From a virus (Duplodnaviria > Heunggongvirae > Uroviricota > Caudoviricetes): a DNA stretch of 37,028 nt. Below are positions 27,192 to 35,335 of the stretch, piece by piece (the stretch's first letter is position 1; each line of letters begins with the position of its first letter). The notes under the pieces are model-generated. The model ran no database searches. It saw nothing but the letters and a program-made list of their open reading frames with translations, and was not told where the DNA came from. Location: the IMG/VR virus record IMGVR_UViG_2690316076_000004. The stretch is one strand, 5' to 3'. Position numbers and translations under genes: made by a program.

Positions 27192-29099
27192 TTAGAACGA
27201 TGTTACCCAGCTACGGCCTCTATTTGGGCGTCTGGCGATGTTTTGACGTTGCGGTCGTGTGATTGGCTTAGTTTCTTCTATTTGCTCGTCAGATTGCGAT
27301 TTAGGAGCTTCTACGGATTCTTCGACAACACGGTTTAAGCTGTCTTTCATTGCAATGAGTTTATCCCATGACATTTTTGAAAGAACGTAGCGAGAAGCAG
27401 CATAGCTATAAACCAGACAGTCGAGAGCCTCGTTTCGGGTACTACCTGGATTTTTCACCCAACGCACGCCAGTAGTAGTACGCTTGATGGATTCACTCAA
27501 AAGCTGATCGAGATAATCATCAGGAACGGTTTCTGATATTTCTAAGCCAATATGAGGATTATCTTTCAGGTTTCTAACCAGCATTTCACGAACAGCGGAT
27601 TTCCCAACGTTAACACCCAGCATAAGCAATTCATGACCACCTGTACGGGTAGGTTTAACCGGAATCACTGGAGCATTACCAGATGAACTACCTTTGATAG
27701 CGTGTAGGTTCTTCCACTTGCCGCAAATACGGTATCCGGCTTGAGTGAATCGACCGTTCGATGTATCAAGGAAACTGGCGAGCATTGGTACACGTTCACC
27801 ATTAACGTTATAGAATTTGGTTTTCTTGAAGTTAACCAGACGATCCCAAACAGGTGATTCATATCGTTCACAGTTATGATCGTAAAAGCTGCGGTGATCC
27901 AGAATGTAAACCTTATCTTTCGCTACACCTAAGATGGTAGATTCTGCGCGGTCCAATTGCTGGTCAATTCCTGAGCACAAGAAAATCACGTCATCAGGGA
28001 TATTCTCGATAGAAACATCTGTTTTGAGTTGTTCCAGTTCATTTGCTTCTACTGCCGTGTCCTGATCGTCGTATACCTTGCCTAACACGGTGTTATAAAA
28101 TGATTGTAAATCAAAGGATTGCCACGCATGGCTAAAATCAACAACACAAGCGCGGATCGTGCTGAAAGGTGAATACAGACGGCTAATCCAGAATCCAGCT
28201 ACTTCACTTTCTCTCGTTACTCGCCATTCACCAGCAGCCACCGCCCTGATCCGCTCTCCTTCTGTCCATGCGTTCTTACAGTGGGGGCAAATATAACGAG
28301 CGGTATCAGGATCGGGTAAGTTCTTACCATCGATGTTACGCCATTCAAATTGAACGTTTTCCCACTCGATCACCTGGTGTTCCCCGCAATGAGGACACGG
28401 AACAAAAAACATACGCATATCGCTTGATAACCATTGCTGGTTAATGCTTCCGAGCTTACTGGTCGGGGTGCTGGATACGACTAATCGACCTTCATCGCCA
28501 AAGGTAGTTAAACGGTTAGCAGCCAGTGCCACCGGATCACCTTCTTCTGAGGCTGTAGCAGCATCGATTTCGTCAAGTAATCCAACCTTTGCGGTCTTAC
28601 CGCGTAGGGTTGATGGACTGGTAAGCGATACCATGTAAAGGAAGTGATTCGTTTTTAGCTGTAGCTGGTTATTGTTGTTAACCGCATTGCGATCATTCTT
28701 GTCTGTAACAACGTCTTTTAATGCATCACATGCTTCGATAGACGGTCGGATCTTACCAGCGAGATATTGAGACATTTCTTTAGCGGTTGATTGTCCGATA
28801 ATCATATTGCATGGATCGTTAGCCATCTGGTTAAACAGGATACCGTTCAGGATGGTAGTCTTTCCGATCTGTGCACTGGTCATCAGGACATACTTTTTCT
28901 TGTTCTCAAGGAAAGGTGCATCAATCATGCCTTTTTGGAATGACAACAATTTAACTTTATCCCCAGCTTGAGGACCATCTACCAGCACCATATTCGCTTC
29001 GCACCATTCAGACGGAAGGAGTTTAGGCGGTGGAGTGATATATTTTGCGGCATTTTTAAGAATCTTTTTTAATTTGGCCTTGTTCGAAATCAGTTTCAT
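27192..29099 (-). CDS. terminase large subunit, lambda gpA-like
   Basis: [26 protein letters not shown] (Walker A-like), [21 protein letters not shown] all mirror remembered gpA motifs; ATG at 29099 with GAGGG RBS preferred over track start 29174. Confidence 0.93.
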   Translation of the reverse strand: MKLISNKAKLKKILKNAAKYITPPPKLLPSEWCEANMVLVDGPQAGDKVKLLSFQKGMIDAPFLENKKKYVLMTSAQIGKTTILNGILFNQMANDPCNMIIGQSTAKEMSQYLAGKIRPSIEACDALKDVVTDKNDRNAVNNNNQLQLKTNHFLYMVSLTSPSTLRGKTAKVGLLDEIDAATASEEGDPVALAANRLTTFGDEGRLVVSSTPTSKLGSINQQWLSSDMRMFFVPCPHCGEHQVIEWENVQFEWRNIDGKNLPDPDTARYICPHCKNAWTEGERIRAVAAGEWRVTRESEVAGFWISRLYSPFSTIRACVVDFSHAWQSFDLQSFYNTVLGKVYDDQDTAVEANELEQLKTDVSIENIPDDVIFLCSGIDQQLDRAESTILGVAKDKVYILDHRSFYDHNCERYESPVWDRLVNFKKTKFYNVNGERVPMLASFLDTSNGRFTQAGYRICGKWKNLHAIKGSSSGNAPVIPVKPTRTGGHELLMLGVNVGKSAVREMLVRNLKDNPHIGLEISETVPDDYLDQLLSESIKRTTTGVRWVKNPGSTRNEALDCLVYSYAASRYVLSKMSWDKLIAMKDSLNRVVEESVEAPKSQSDEQIEETKPITRPQRQNIARRPNRGRSWVTSF

Positions 29100-29142
29100 G
29101 TAATTACCCTCATTACGAAATATGAAGGTATTTATTAAATTG

Positions 29143-29170
29143 TTGATATTTTGATAAATACGGGTATTAA
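29143..29170 (+). promoter_or_regulatory. candidate sigma70-type promoter in divergent terL/HTH-gene intergenic region
   Basis: TTGATA (29143-29148), 16-nt spacer, TATTAA (29165-29170), about 15 nt upstream of the 29185 ATG. Confidence 0.35.
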
Positions 29171-29184
29171 TCAAAGGGGGTTGT

Positions 29185-29787
29185 ATGCTAATTAATCAGC
29201 AAGAAAGAGATGAATTAGAATTAGCCTTGTCTTGTACCGATCATGAATATCGTTTGCCAGTTAAGCACCATCACAAGAAGACTGATTACACAACATCCGG
29301 CTTTAGTCGCGAGGAAGCGAAGCAAATTTTAATAGAGTTGTATCGCGATCAGGGATATACAGATATTCACAACTTCTTTAAGAAGCACCGAACATCACAG
29401 ACAGAGTTCCAGAGAGTCCGTGAATGGTTTGATTTTGATATCAAGCGTTATTATCGAGTGGATGACGGTCCGATCTATCGGTTGCAGTGGACACCGATCA
29501 GGGAAGTGTTGAAACAGAAGAGACTAAATCACGCTATTACACGCTATCGTAACGTGGCTTTTAAGAAAGGATATGGTGATACAAGGGAACTATTCGTTGA
29601 ACTCGCTAACGTGCGATATAGCCATTATTACAGGAATCCTAAAGAGTTCTTCGAAGTGCTGCGCAAGGTTGATATAAGTCGGGGTACATACTATTCACGG
29701 TTGAAGAAGTACGGGATTAAGGCAGAGTTCTTTATGAGTATTGACGATGGAGAACTTTTTCCGATAAAATGTAAGTCCTCTAAATAA
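29185..29787 (+). CDS. HTH DNA-binding protein (C-terminal resolvase-type helix-turn-helix)
   Basis: C-terminal [15 protein letters not shown] resembles Hin/resolvase-type HTH; AAGGGGG RBS. Confidence 0.5.
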   Translation: MLINQQERDELELALSCTDHEYRLPVKHHHKKTDYTTSGFSREEAKQILIELYRDQGYTDIHNFFKKHRTSQTEFQRVREWFDFDIKRYYRVDDGPIYRLQWTPIREVLKQKRLNHAITRYRNVAFKKGYGDTRELFVELANVRYSHYYRNPKEFFEVLRKVDISRGTYYSRLKKYGIKAEFFMSIDDGELFPIKCKSSK

Positions 29788-29815
29788 AGGTGAACATTCA
29801 CTTTAATTTGGAGAA

Positions 29816-30046
29816 ATGACTATGACTACTAAAGCTACTCGCGGTCGTCCTTGCCGTTTTGATCGTGAACAACTGGCAGCGATTGTAAAAGCGTACTATC
29901 AAGCACCGAAAGGTAAAGCCGAAAAAGAGCAAGTATTGAGTGAACACGGTATTTCAATCGCTCAATTCTACAAATCACTCCATAAAGTTGATTTGAAATT
30001 CTTTGTTCAGGTTGACGGTGAAATGGTAGAAGCAACAGGAATTTGA
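29816..30046 (+). CDS. small HTH protein, paralog of 33578-33757
   Basis: RGRPCRFDREQL ... GISIAQFYKSL parallels MARPVKFTREMI ... GIDRSGFYKLM in the 33578 gene; GGAG RBS. Confidence 0.5.
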   Translation: MTMTTKATRGRPCRFDREQLAAIVKAYYQAPKGKAEKEQVLSEHGISIAQFYKSLHKVDLKFFVQVDGEMVEATGI

Positions 30047-30053
30047 TTCTCTA

Positions 30054-30082
30054 GGCCAATCCTTCGGGGTTGGCCTTTTTTA
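30054..30082 (+). terminator. intrinsic terminator
   Basis: GGCCAATCC-TTCG-GGGTTGGCC stem followed by TTTTTTA. Confidence 0.8.
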
Positions 30083-30086
30083 TATC

Positions 30087-30314
30087 CGCTCAAAACTGAG
30101 CACATCTCTAAGTCATTGATTCTTCCGATGAGTCCAGATTTGGACTGATCTATAGATGCCCTCAAAACTGAGGAGATGTGCTTAAAGTTCAGCGTATCTA
30201 TCTAAGTGGTTGATTCTTTCGAGAAATTCAAACTTGAATCAATCGGCGCAAAACTGCGCTCATCTCTAACCTATTGATTCTTCCGATAAATCCAAATCTG
30301 GATGCATCAGATAC
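30087..30314. repeat. three-unit degenerate repeat (~70-85 bp each) with IHF-consensus motifs and short palindromes
   Basis: units start CAAAACTG(A/C)G; each contains ATTGATTCTT whose complement fits WATCAANNNNTTR, followed by GTCCAGATTTGGAC / ATTCAAACTTGAAT / ATCCAAATCTGGAT near-palindromes. Confidence 0.7.
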
Positions 30315-30344
30315 AAAAAAGCCCAGCGCAATTATGCGCTGGGC
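30314..30344 (-). terminator. intrinsic terminator after Rha-like gene
   Basis: perfect 10-bp stem GCCCAGCGCA-ATTA-TGCGCTGGGC followed on minus strand by TTTTTTGT. Confidence 0.85.
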
Positions 30345-30350
30345 GATTAA

Positions 30351-31184
30351 TCAGATCCCAAAATCAACAAGGGAAATTACGTTACCTGATTCACGAATCT
30401 GTTTAGCAGCTTTGTTTTGAATCAGAATAGTGTTATTTGGCTGCGGCAGTTTAAGAGTTGCTTTCTGTTCTTCTTCCAAAACGCCCAATTCAACCAGCAC
30501 CGGAAGAACATCAACAGTAAACTCAAGCTGGTAATGAGCATTCATGCGGCAGAAAGACAGAGAAGAGTCATTAGCAACATACCCACACGGCTTGTTATTT
30601 TCATCATAGACGCGCTCAATGTAGCCAGCAGTACGTAAGGCCGTCAGTGCTTGTTTAACCTTCGTAGCGCCCTTTTTAGCGCCTAACAGACGTGTCATAG
30701 AATGGCTATCTACGGATTTGCGAATGTGTAGCTCAATCAGTTTTTTATTTTTGCGTTTTTCATCTAATGCCAGTTCGATCCAGTCGGTTTCTTCAAAGTC
30801 CGCATACGGGTTAACAGGAGTATTATTGGCGGTTTTCAGTTTCTCTTCCAGATAATTCCAACGGTCAACCAGTTGGCGAGTAAATTCCGGTACGTTTTGA
30901 GCAATCAAGACAATCGAATCTAAGCGACCTTGCTCACCCTCAAACACATAATCTTTAACAGTAACAGCAAACCCTAAGTTATTGATTTTCTCGAAATTCT
31001 GCGTTGCAGGTTTTCGGATAACTTGGCGTTCAACCAGTCGGTTCATAGAAGTTTCAAGGTTTGAAAAACGAACTCCAATAAGGTCGGCAATTTCACGAAG
31101 AGTCATTTTTGCAACTTCGTTATCAACAACCAGAGACACGGAAGCAGTTTTAACAGCAGTATTCATAGTAGTAACAGTATTCAT
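30351..31184 (-). CDS. Rha/ORF6N-type phage regulatory protein (antirepressor-like)
   Basis: N-terminal MTLREIADLIGVRFSNLETSMNRL resembles Rha/ORF6N DNA-binding pattern; family call from memory. Confidence 0.5.
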   Translation of the reverse strand: MNTVTTMNTAVKTASVSLVVDNEVAKMTLREIADLIGVRFSNLETSMNRLVERQVIRKPATQNFEKINNLGFAVTVKDYVFEGEQGRLDSIVLIAQNVPEFTRQLVDRWNYLEEKLKTANNTPVNPYADFEETDWIELALDEKRKNKKLIELHIRKSVDSHSMTRLLGAKKGATKVKQALTALRTAGYIERVYDENNKPCGYVANDSSLSFCRMNAHYQLEFTVDVLPVLVELGVLEEEQKATLKLPQPNNTILIQNKAAKQIRESGNVISLVDFGI

Positions 31185-31273
31185 AGTAAAAATTCCCCTT
31201 AAACGGTTTAATGATTTGGTCCTCCTAGTTCCGGCATCACCACCGGAACAATTTTATTTATAATAGAAATTTA

Positions 31274-31606
31274 TTACCAATCGATTTCTACTTGGTCTTC
31301 TTCATAATAAGGAATCGCATATTCATAACGCCAGTTTTCGATGATTTCACGTTCTTCATTAGTAAGAAGGTGATTGCTAACTGGAGTTGCATTGTGATTA
31401 CCAGCTTCGAATTGCTCGCGAACTTCCAGCATTGCATGAATACCAGTTAAGGACATCAGATCAAACGGAACATGCATACTACGGGAGATAGTTTCACGGG
31501 ATACACCCCAATCATTTTCTACATGGCTAGGGGTTACAGAAACGGTTTTGCCGGAGATTTTAACAGTCCAGTCATACAGGGATTTAGTGATGGTAAATTC
31601 TTTCAT
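31274..31606 (-). CDS. hypothetical protein
   Basis: 110-aa ORF with AAGAGGA RBS; preceded by a strong promoter-like element. Confidence 0.55.
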   Translation of the reverse strand: MKEFTITKSLYDWTVKISGKTVSVTPSHVENDWGVSRETISRSMHVPFDLMSLTGIHAMLEVREQFEAGNHNATPVSNHLLTNEEREIIENWRYEYAIPYYEEDQVEIDW

Positions 31607-31662
31607 GTTACATCCTCTTTACAAATCTAGGTCAAATAGGTTCAAAGTTGTCAAGTGCGATA

Positions 31663-31704
31663 ATCATAAAAAAGTCATAAAATTTTGTCAATACCCCTTG
31701 ACAA
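31663..31704 (-). promoter_or_regulatory. sigma70-type promoter with overlapping palindromic operator
   Basis: minus strand TTGACA (31686-31691), 17-nt spacer, TATGAT (31663-31668); inverted repeat TTGTCAA-N6-TTGACAA (31685-31704) overlaps the -35. Confidence 0.5.
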
Positions 31705-31726
31705 GACGCCAAAGGGTTGACCTAAC

Positions 31727-32185
31727 TTACAGCATATCTAAGCCTTCATCGTAACCGTAGAAGCCATTCTGAGAAGAGAAACAGATTGGAGCGTAGTCTT
31801 CGTCTTCCTCATCTTCTTCATCTTGTTCTGGGGCTTCCTGAGCGGGTTGTTTACCGTAATCAGCCATAATCTGGTCAAGATCGGCGATCCCATAGTAAGA
31901 GCCTAAATCAACATCGTATTCACGAACATCAAACGGCAGGTCATCACGAACAATAATTGCTGGTAGATTCTGGTATTGTTCACGATCTTCATCAGTGAAG
32001 CAGTCAACTACCACCGTAGGACGACCATTGCGTTTAAGAGCATAGAAAGCAGTTGAATAGTTGGAGTCTTCGGAATGACGAATGATGTTATAACCACGAT
32101 TAGCGAAAACTTCTAGCATATGGAAGTTGCCGTAGTTTTCAGAGTCCAGACCCAGAAGTACGAAAGGAGTTTTAGTATTGATCAT
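31727..32185 (-). CDS. acidic protein (C-terminal Asp/Glu run)
   Basis: 152-aa ORF with AGAGGA RBS; C-terminus EAPEQDEEDEEDEDY. Confidence 0.55.
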   Translation of the reverse strand: MINTKTPFVLLGLDSENYGNFHMLEVFANRGYNIIRHSEDSNYSTAFYALKRNGRPTVVVDCFTDEDREQYQNLPAIIVRDDLPFDVREYDVDLGSYYGIADLDQIMADYGKQPAQEAPEQDEEDEEDEDYAPICFSSQNGFYGYDEGLDML

Positions 32186-32766
32186 AGTGGTATCCTCTAA
32201 AAAGAAAGTGAATCAATCTAATATTATTTATAAAGAGAAAATTCTTGTTATTATGAAAGGTGATTGGATTCAGTCGGCTTCGCCTCCTTCATGATTTTTG
32301 ATTAAATCATCGTCAAAACGAAGAAGTATCTTTAGAATATAAGAATCTTTCTTTTGGAGAAATAATAATCAGGAAGCAATTTAGCAACCGAAGGTTGCAA
32401 TCCCGAAGGGATACCAATACCTTTCATGATCATTAAAGTGATTATTACTATCTTTCTAGAATCAGTTAGTAACTAGTTTAAAATCCCTTTCGAGAAAATC
32501 CTTTCAGAAGTGATTCTCGATGCCACGCAGTGGCGTCGCAGACGTTTGAGAGTGAGCGAAGCGAGCGAGCAAACTAGTTAATTCCTTCTAAGACCATCTA
32601 GTATCATCTAGTTTAAATTAGTTGTTACTAGAAGCAATTGGTTGGCGCTTCGCGCAGTCGGGCTAAAGCCCTCCTAATATCTTTCTGGTTATTTGTTGTT
32701 TTTAGTTTTACACATGAGCGTAGCGAATGTGTTATATAATATCTATGCACGCCGAATCCCTGCTTT

Positions 32767-33010
32767 TGCCCCTCGCTAAGTTAATGTTTTATAAAGAGTT
32801 TTTCTCACCAATTCCTTTCAGGGGCAAATTTCAGGGGCAAAAATTAGATTTTCAGGGGCAATTATTGGCATTTCAGGGGCAAAAATGAGGGGCAAAATCA
32901 CCGTTTCCCAGAATTTCAGGGGCAAAAATATAGGGTTTCAGGGGCAAAAATGGGATGTGGAATCTAGGGGATTTTGGTTCAGGGGCAAAAATTCAGAATT
33001 TCAGGGGCAA
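32767..33010. repeat. iteron-like array of TTCAGGGGCAA
   Basis: exact 11-mers at 32817, 32830, 32851, 32872, 32915, 32937, 32978, 33000, variants at 32886 and ~32963, one inverted core at 32767-32775; spacing mostly 21-22 bp or multiples. Confidence 0.85.
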
Positions 33011-33100
33011 TTCCCATCAAATATTTTGATAGAAAATTCCTGTATATTATTTAATCAAAAAATCACCAAAAAGCGGCGTAAGTTAATGATTTAAAAAGAA

Positions 33101-33126
33101 TTGTCAAAAGGTCTCCGTGCTATAAT
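33101..33126 (+). promoter_or_regulatory. possible extended -10 promoter
   Basis: TTGTCA then TGC-TATAAT (TGnTATAAT) at 33118-33126; -35 spacing suboptimal (14 nt). Confidence 0.3.
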
Positions 33127-33206
33127 AGGTTATAAAGGTTGATAATCCTGCTCTACCATTTTCAAACAAAAATTTTGATAGTCATTTCTCGCTTAGGTCA
33201 AGTGTA

Positions 33207-33235
33207 TTGACAACTGTCAAGGATTATTTTATACT
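33207..33235 (+). promoter_or_regulatory. strong sigma70-type promoter
   Basis: TTGACA (33207-33212), 17-nt spacer, TATACT (33230-33235); overlaps TTGACAA/TGTCAA near-palindrome. Confidence 0.5.
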
Positions 33236-33371
33236 TTTTCTCACTGGTGGGGGTTGAAATTTTCTAAACAGTCCCCATATAGATGATAAGCAAGAATTTC
33301 CACGTTATAAATACATGTGTGAAATGATTGTTCACTTCTGAAAATCTCCTGATTCACTGCTAATTCATACA

Positions 33372-33400
33372 GCACTGGTTAGATATACAGTGCTTTTTCG
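33372..33400 (+). terminator. hairpin + T-tract (leader terminator/attenuator 1)
   Basis: AGCACTG-GTTAGATATA-CAGTGCT followed by TTTT. Confidence 0.4.
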
Positions 33401-33457
33401 GTTGAATATTGTACGAATTGATTAATAATTAATCTTCTCTTTAGCAATTCGTGCTCC

Positions 33458-33484
33458 CACTGATCGGATATACAGTGGTTTTAC
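33458..33484 (+). terminator. hairpin + T-tract (leader terminator/attenuator 2)
   Basis: CCACTG-ATCGGATATA-CAGTGG followed by TTTTA; same CACTG..GATATA..CAGTG architecture as 33372. Confidence 0.4.
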
Positions 33485-33523
33485 AGGGTTTTCTGAAAAT
33501 CATTTTATAAATACAAGTGTTCA

Positions 33524-33544
33524 GAGCGAAATGCTCTTTTTTAA
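33524..33544 (+). terminator. hairpin + T-tract directly upstream of small HTH gene
   Basis: AGAGC-GAAAT-GCTCT followed by TTTTTT, about 20 nt before the RBS of the 33578 gene. Confidence 0.45.
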
Positions 33545-33577
33545 GAAATTATTAATCCACATGTGAGGAATCGACTG

Positions 33578-33757
33578 ATGGCTAGACCTGTTAAGTTCAC
33601 TCGTGAAATGATTGTTGATATTGCTAAACGCTTTTACAGCGACACTGAGCGAGGCGGGGAAAACTTCTTTAAGAAGGAAGGAATTGATAGAAGCGGATTC
33701 TACAAGCTAATGAAGAAATACGAAATTCAGGTAAAGATTAACGTTCAAGTTTGTTAA
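33578..33757 (+). CDS. small HTH protein, paralog of 29816-30046
   Basis: ATG at 33578 with TGAGGAA RBS (track start 33563 is GTG); sequence parallels the 76-aa protein. Confidence 0.5.
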   Translation: MARPVKFTREMIVDIAKRFYSDTERGGENFFKKEGIDRSGFYKLMKKYEIQVKINVQVC

Positions 33758-33871
33758 TCCACTTTCACTGAGAATTATATGATGGCTTTAAAAAAGAAAA
33801 AGCCTCCTTTGCTGCAACAAGGGAGGCTTGAAATGAACAATTAAAACTAACTTTCCACAGGAGTATTTATA

Positions 33872-34834
33872 ATGTTATTTTCCGCTAACTTTTTCACTAA
33901 CGAAGTAACCAACGCTAAAGCAGTTATCAAATTTGGCACCGAAGCAAACAAGAAGATTCAGCCGAAAGTTGTTGCTCATGTTTCCTTTGCGCAGCAGAAA
34001 TCCGCTTTCGCTGGCTTTAAAGCACATCGTGAAGCACTGATCGCGGCTGGCTTTGGTGTTGACGGTAAACTGCCTAACGGCATTCGTAAAGCAATCGACC
34101 GCGTTAAACCTGCTAAAGACGTTGCAGTAGACCACATCGTTACTTTCACCGTTAAGAACTCTTCTGAACTGTTCCACCTAGTGATTGCTGGTGATACTGC
34201 TATCGTTTCCGCTCCTAACATGGATTTTCAGGATACCGCTGATTGCAACATTACCTTTGGTCGTCGTAAAGAAGTTACCGGAAAAGCTAAACTGAACTTC
34301 ACCAAATCCGGCAATCCTTACTTTGCTGTATTCTTTAACAGCCACGCTACTGAGAAAGAAGTAGTAGAACTGGTTGCATATGAAGGTGAAGAAAAAGCAC
34401 GTATTGAATCTTGCGACGCTTTCGTAGAACTGGAAGCACAGGTTAATGCTGTTTCTCCGGTTGCTGTTGAAGATCGTTTCTCTGCACTGGAAGCACAGAT
34501 CGCAGAACTGAAAGCTGCACTGAAAGAAAAAGACCAGATCATCGAAGCACAGAAAGCTGAGATTGAAGAACTGAAAGCTAAAGAAGTTGCTCCGGTTGCT
34601 GTTGAAGCAGATCGGGAAGTTGAATCTAAAGACTTCTTTACTCAAGCGGTTGAATCTAAAGACAAACAAGCTCTTTGGATTCTGCTTAACGAAAAGCGTA
34701 CTGTTGCAGACGTTGCAGAATGGAACAAATACCTGATTAAGAAAAATGGTTCTTCCGTTCAATTCATCGATTTAATGACAGTTAAAGTTTTTGATGCGTT
34801 CGAAAATGTGTTCGACGTTCGCAAAGCAGCTTAA
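33872..34834 (+). CDS. hypothetical protein with host-like high-expression codon usage and central coiled-coil
   Basis: 320-aa ORF with AGGAG RBS; codons dominated by CTG, CGT, GGT, AAC, GAC, ACC unlike the AT-rich structural genes; coiled-coil EAQIAELKAALKEKDQIIEAQKAEIEELKAK. Confidence 0.65.
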   Translation: MLFSANFFTNEVTNAKAVIKFGTEANKKIQPKVVAHVSFAQQKSAFAGFKAHREALIAAGFGVDGKLPNGIRKAIDRVKPAKDVAVDHIVTFTVKNSSELFHLVIAGDTAIVSAPNMDFQDTADCNITFGRRKEVTGKAKLNFTKSGNPYFAVFFNSHATEKEVVELVAYEGEEKARIESCDAFVELEAQVNAVSPVAVEDRFSALEAQIAELKAALKEKDQIIEAQKAEIEELKAKEVAPVAVEADREVESKDFFTQAVESKDKQALWILLNEKRTVADVAEWNKYLIKKNGSSVQFIDLMTVKVFDAFENVFDVRKAA

Positions 34835-34860
34835 TTTTTAATTTAATTGGAGACCCTACT

Positions 34861-35202
34861 ATGGCAACTTTAAACGAAAAAGCACTGTCCCGTAAAACTC
34901 TGAAAGAGAAAAACATGATTCTTTCTGAAACGCTAAAACAGACTAATGCTGAGTGTGAATTTTTGACCATTAAACTTTCGATTAAAGAGAAAGAATGCAA
35001 TGAGCTAATGGAAAAGTACAAATCCTTACATGATAATTACGTGAAACTTGGTGAAGGATTTAAAGCCATGCAAGAAGACTACAAGAAATCATTGAGGGAA
35101 CAGATTAAACTACTTGAAGAATTGAAAGGGTATAGAGAAAAGTCCGTTAAAGAAAAGAAAATACAGAAGATGAAAAACAAAGGATTGCGTCTTGTTGCTT
35201 AA
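34861..35202 (+). CDS. coiled-coil protein
   Basis: 113-aa Lys/Glu-rich ORF with GGAG RBS. Confidence 0.55.
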   Translation: MATLNEKALSRKTLKEKNMILSETLKQTNAECEFLTIKLSIKEKECNELMEKYKSLHDNYVKLGEGFKAMQEDYKKSLREQIKLLEELKGYREKSVKEKKIQKMKNKGLRLVA

Positions 35203-35204
35203 GA

Positions 35205-35232
35205 CAATAAAAAAGGGACTCCGAAGAGTCCC
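35205..35232. terminator. intrinsic terminator (strong on minus strand)
   Basis: GGGACTC-CGAA-GAGTCCC; minus-strand downstream TTTTTTATTG. Confidence 0.65.
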
Positions 35233-35304
35233 TAGTAAGTTTAGGTTAGGTTTGCACAACAAAGATGAGGTTATAATGAACATAATGCTACATTATTCTT
35301 TAAA

Positions 35305-35335
35305 GCCAGAAAAATAACCGCCCCGAAGGGGCGGG
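35305..35335 (-). terminator. intrinsic terminator of leftward terS transcript
   Basis: CCGCCCC-GAAG-GGGCGG; minus-strand downstream TTATTTTTCTGG. Confidence 0.6.

Noticed and set aside
32186-32760. Possible tRNA gene in the long noncoding region
   Set aside because: Hairpins are present but I could not assemble a cloverleaf with D-arm, 7-nt anticodon loop and GTTC-type T-loop; would need tRNA-finding software to exclude fully.
32767-33010. Possible CRISPR array
   Set aside because: Repeat core is only 11 bp with 10-30 bp irregular spacers, far below CRISPR repeat/spacer sizes, and no cas genes are present; iteron interpretation preferred.
32885-33094. 69-aa plus-strand ORF across the iteron array
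   Set aside because: Its sequence is the repeated translation of TTCAGGGGCAA (recurrent FQGQ/FRGK), has no RBS and lies in an otherwise noncoding regulatory region; treated as an artefact of the repeats.
34178-34762. 194-aa minus-strand ORF antisense to the 33872-34834 gene
   Set aside because: Phe/Asn/Cys-rich low-complexity mirror of a gene with strong RBS and coherent codon usage; rejected as antisense artefact.
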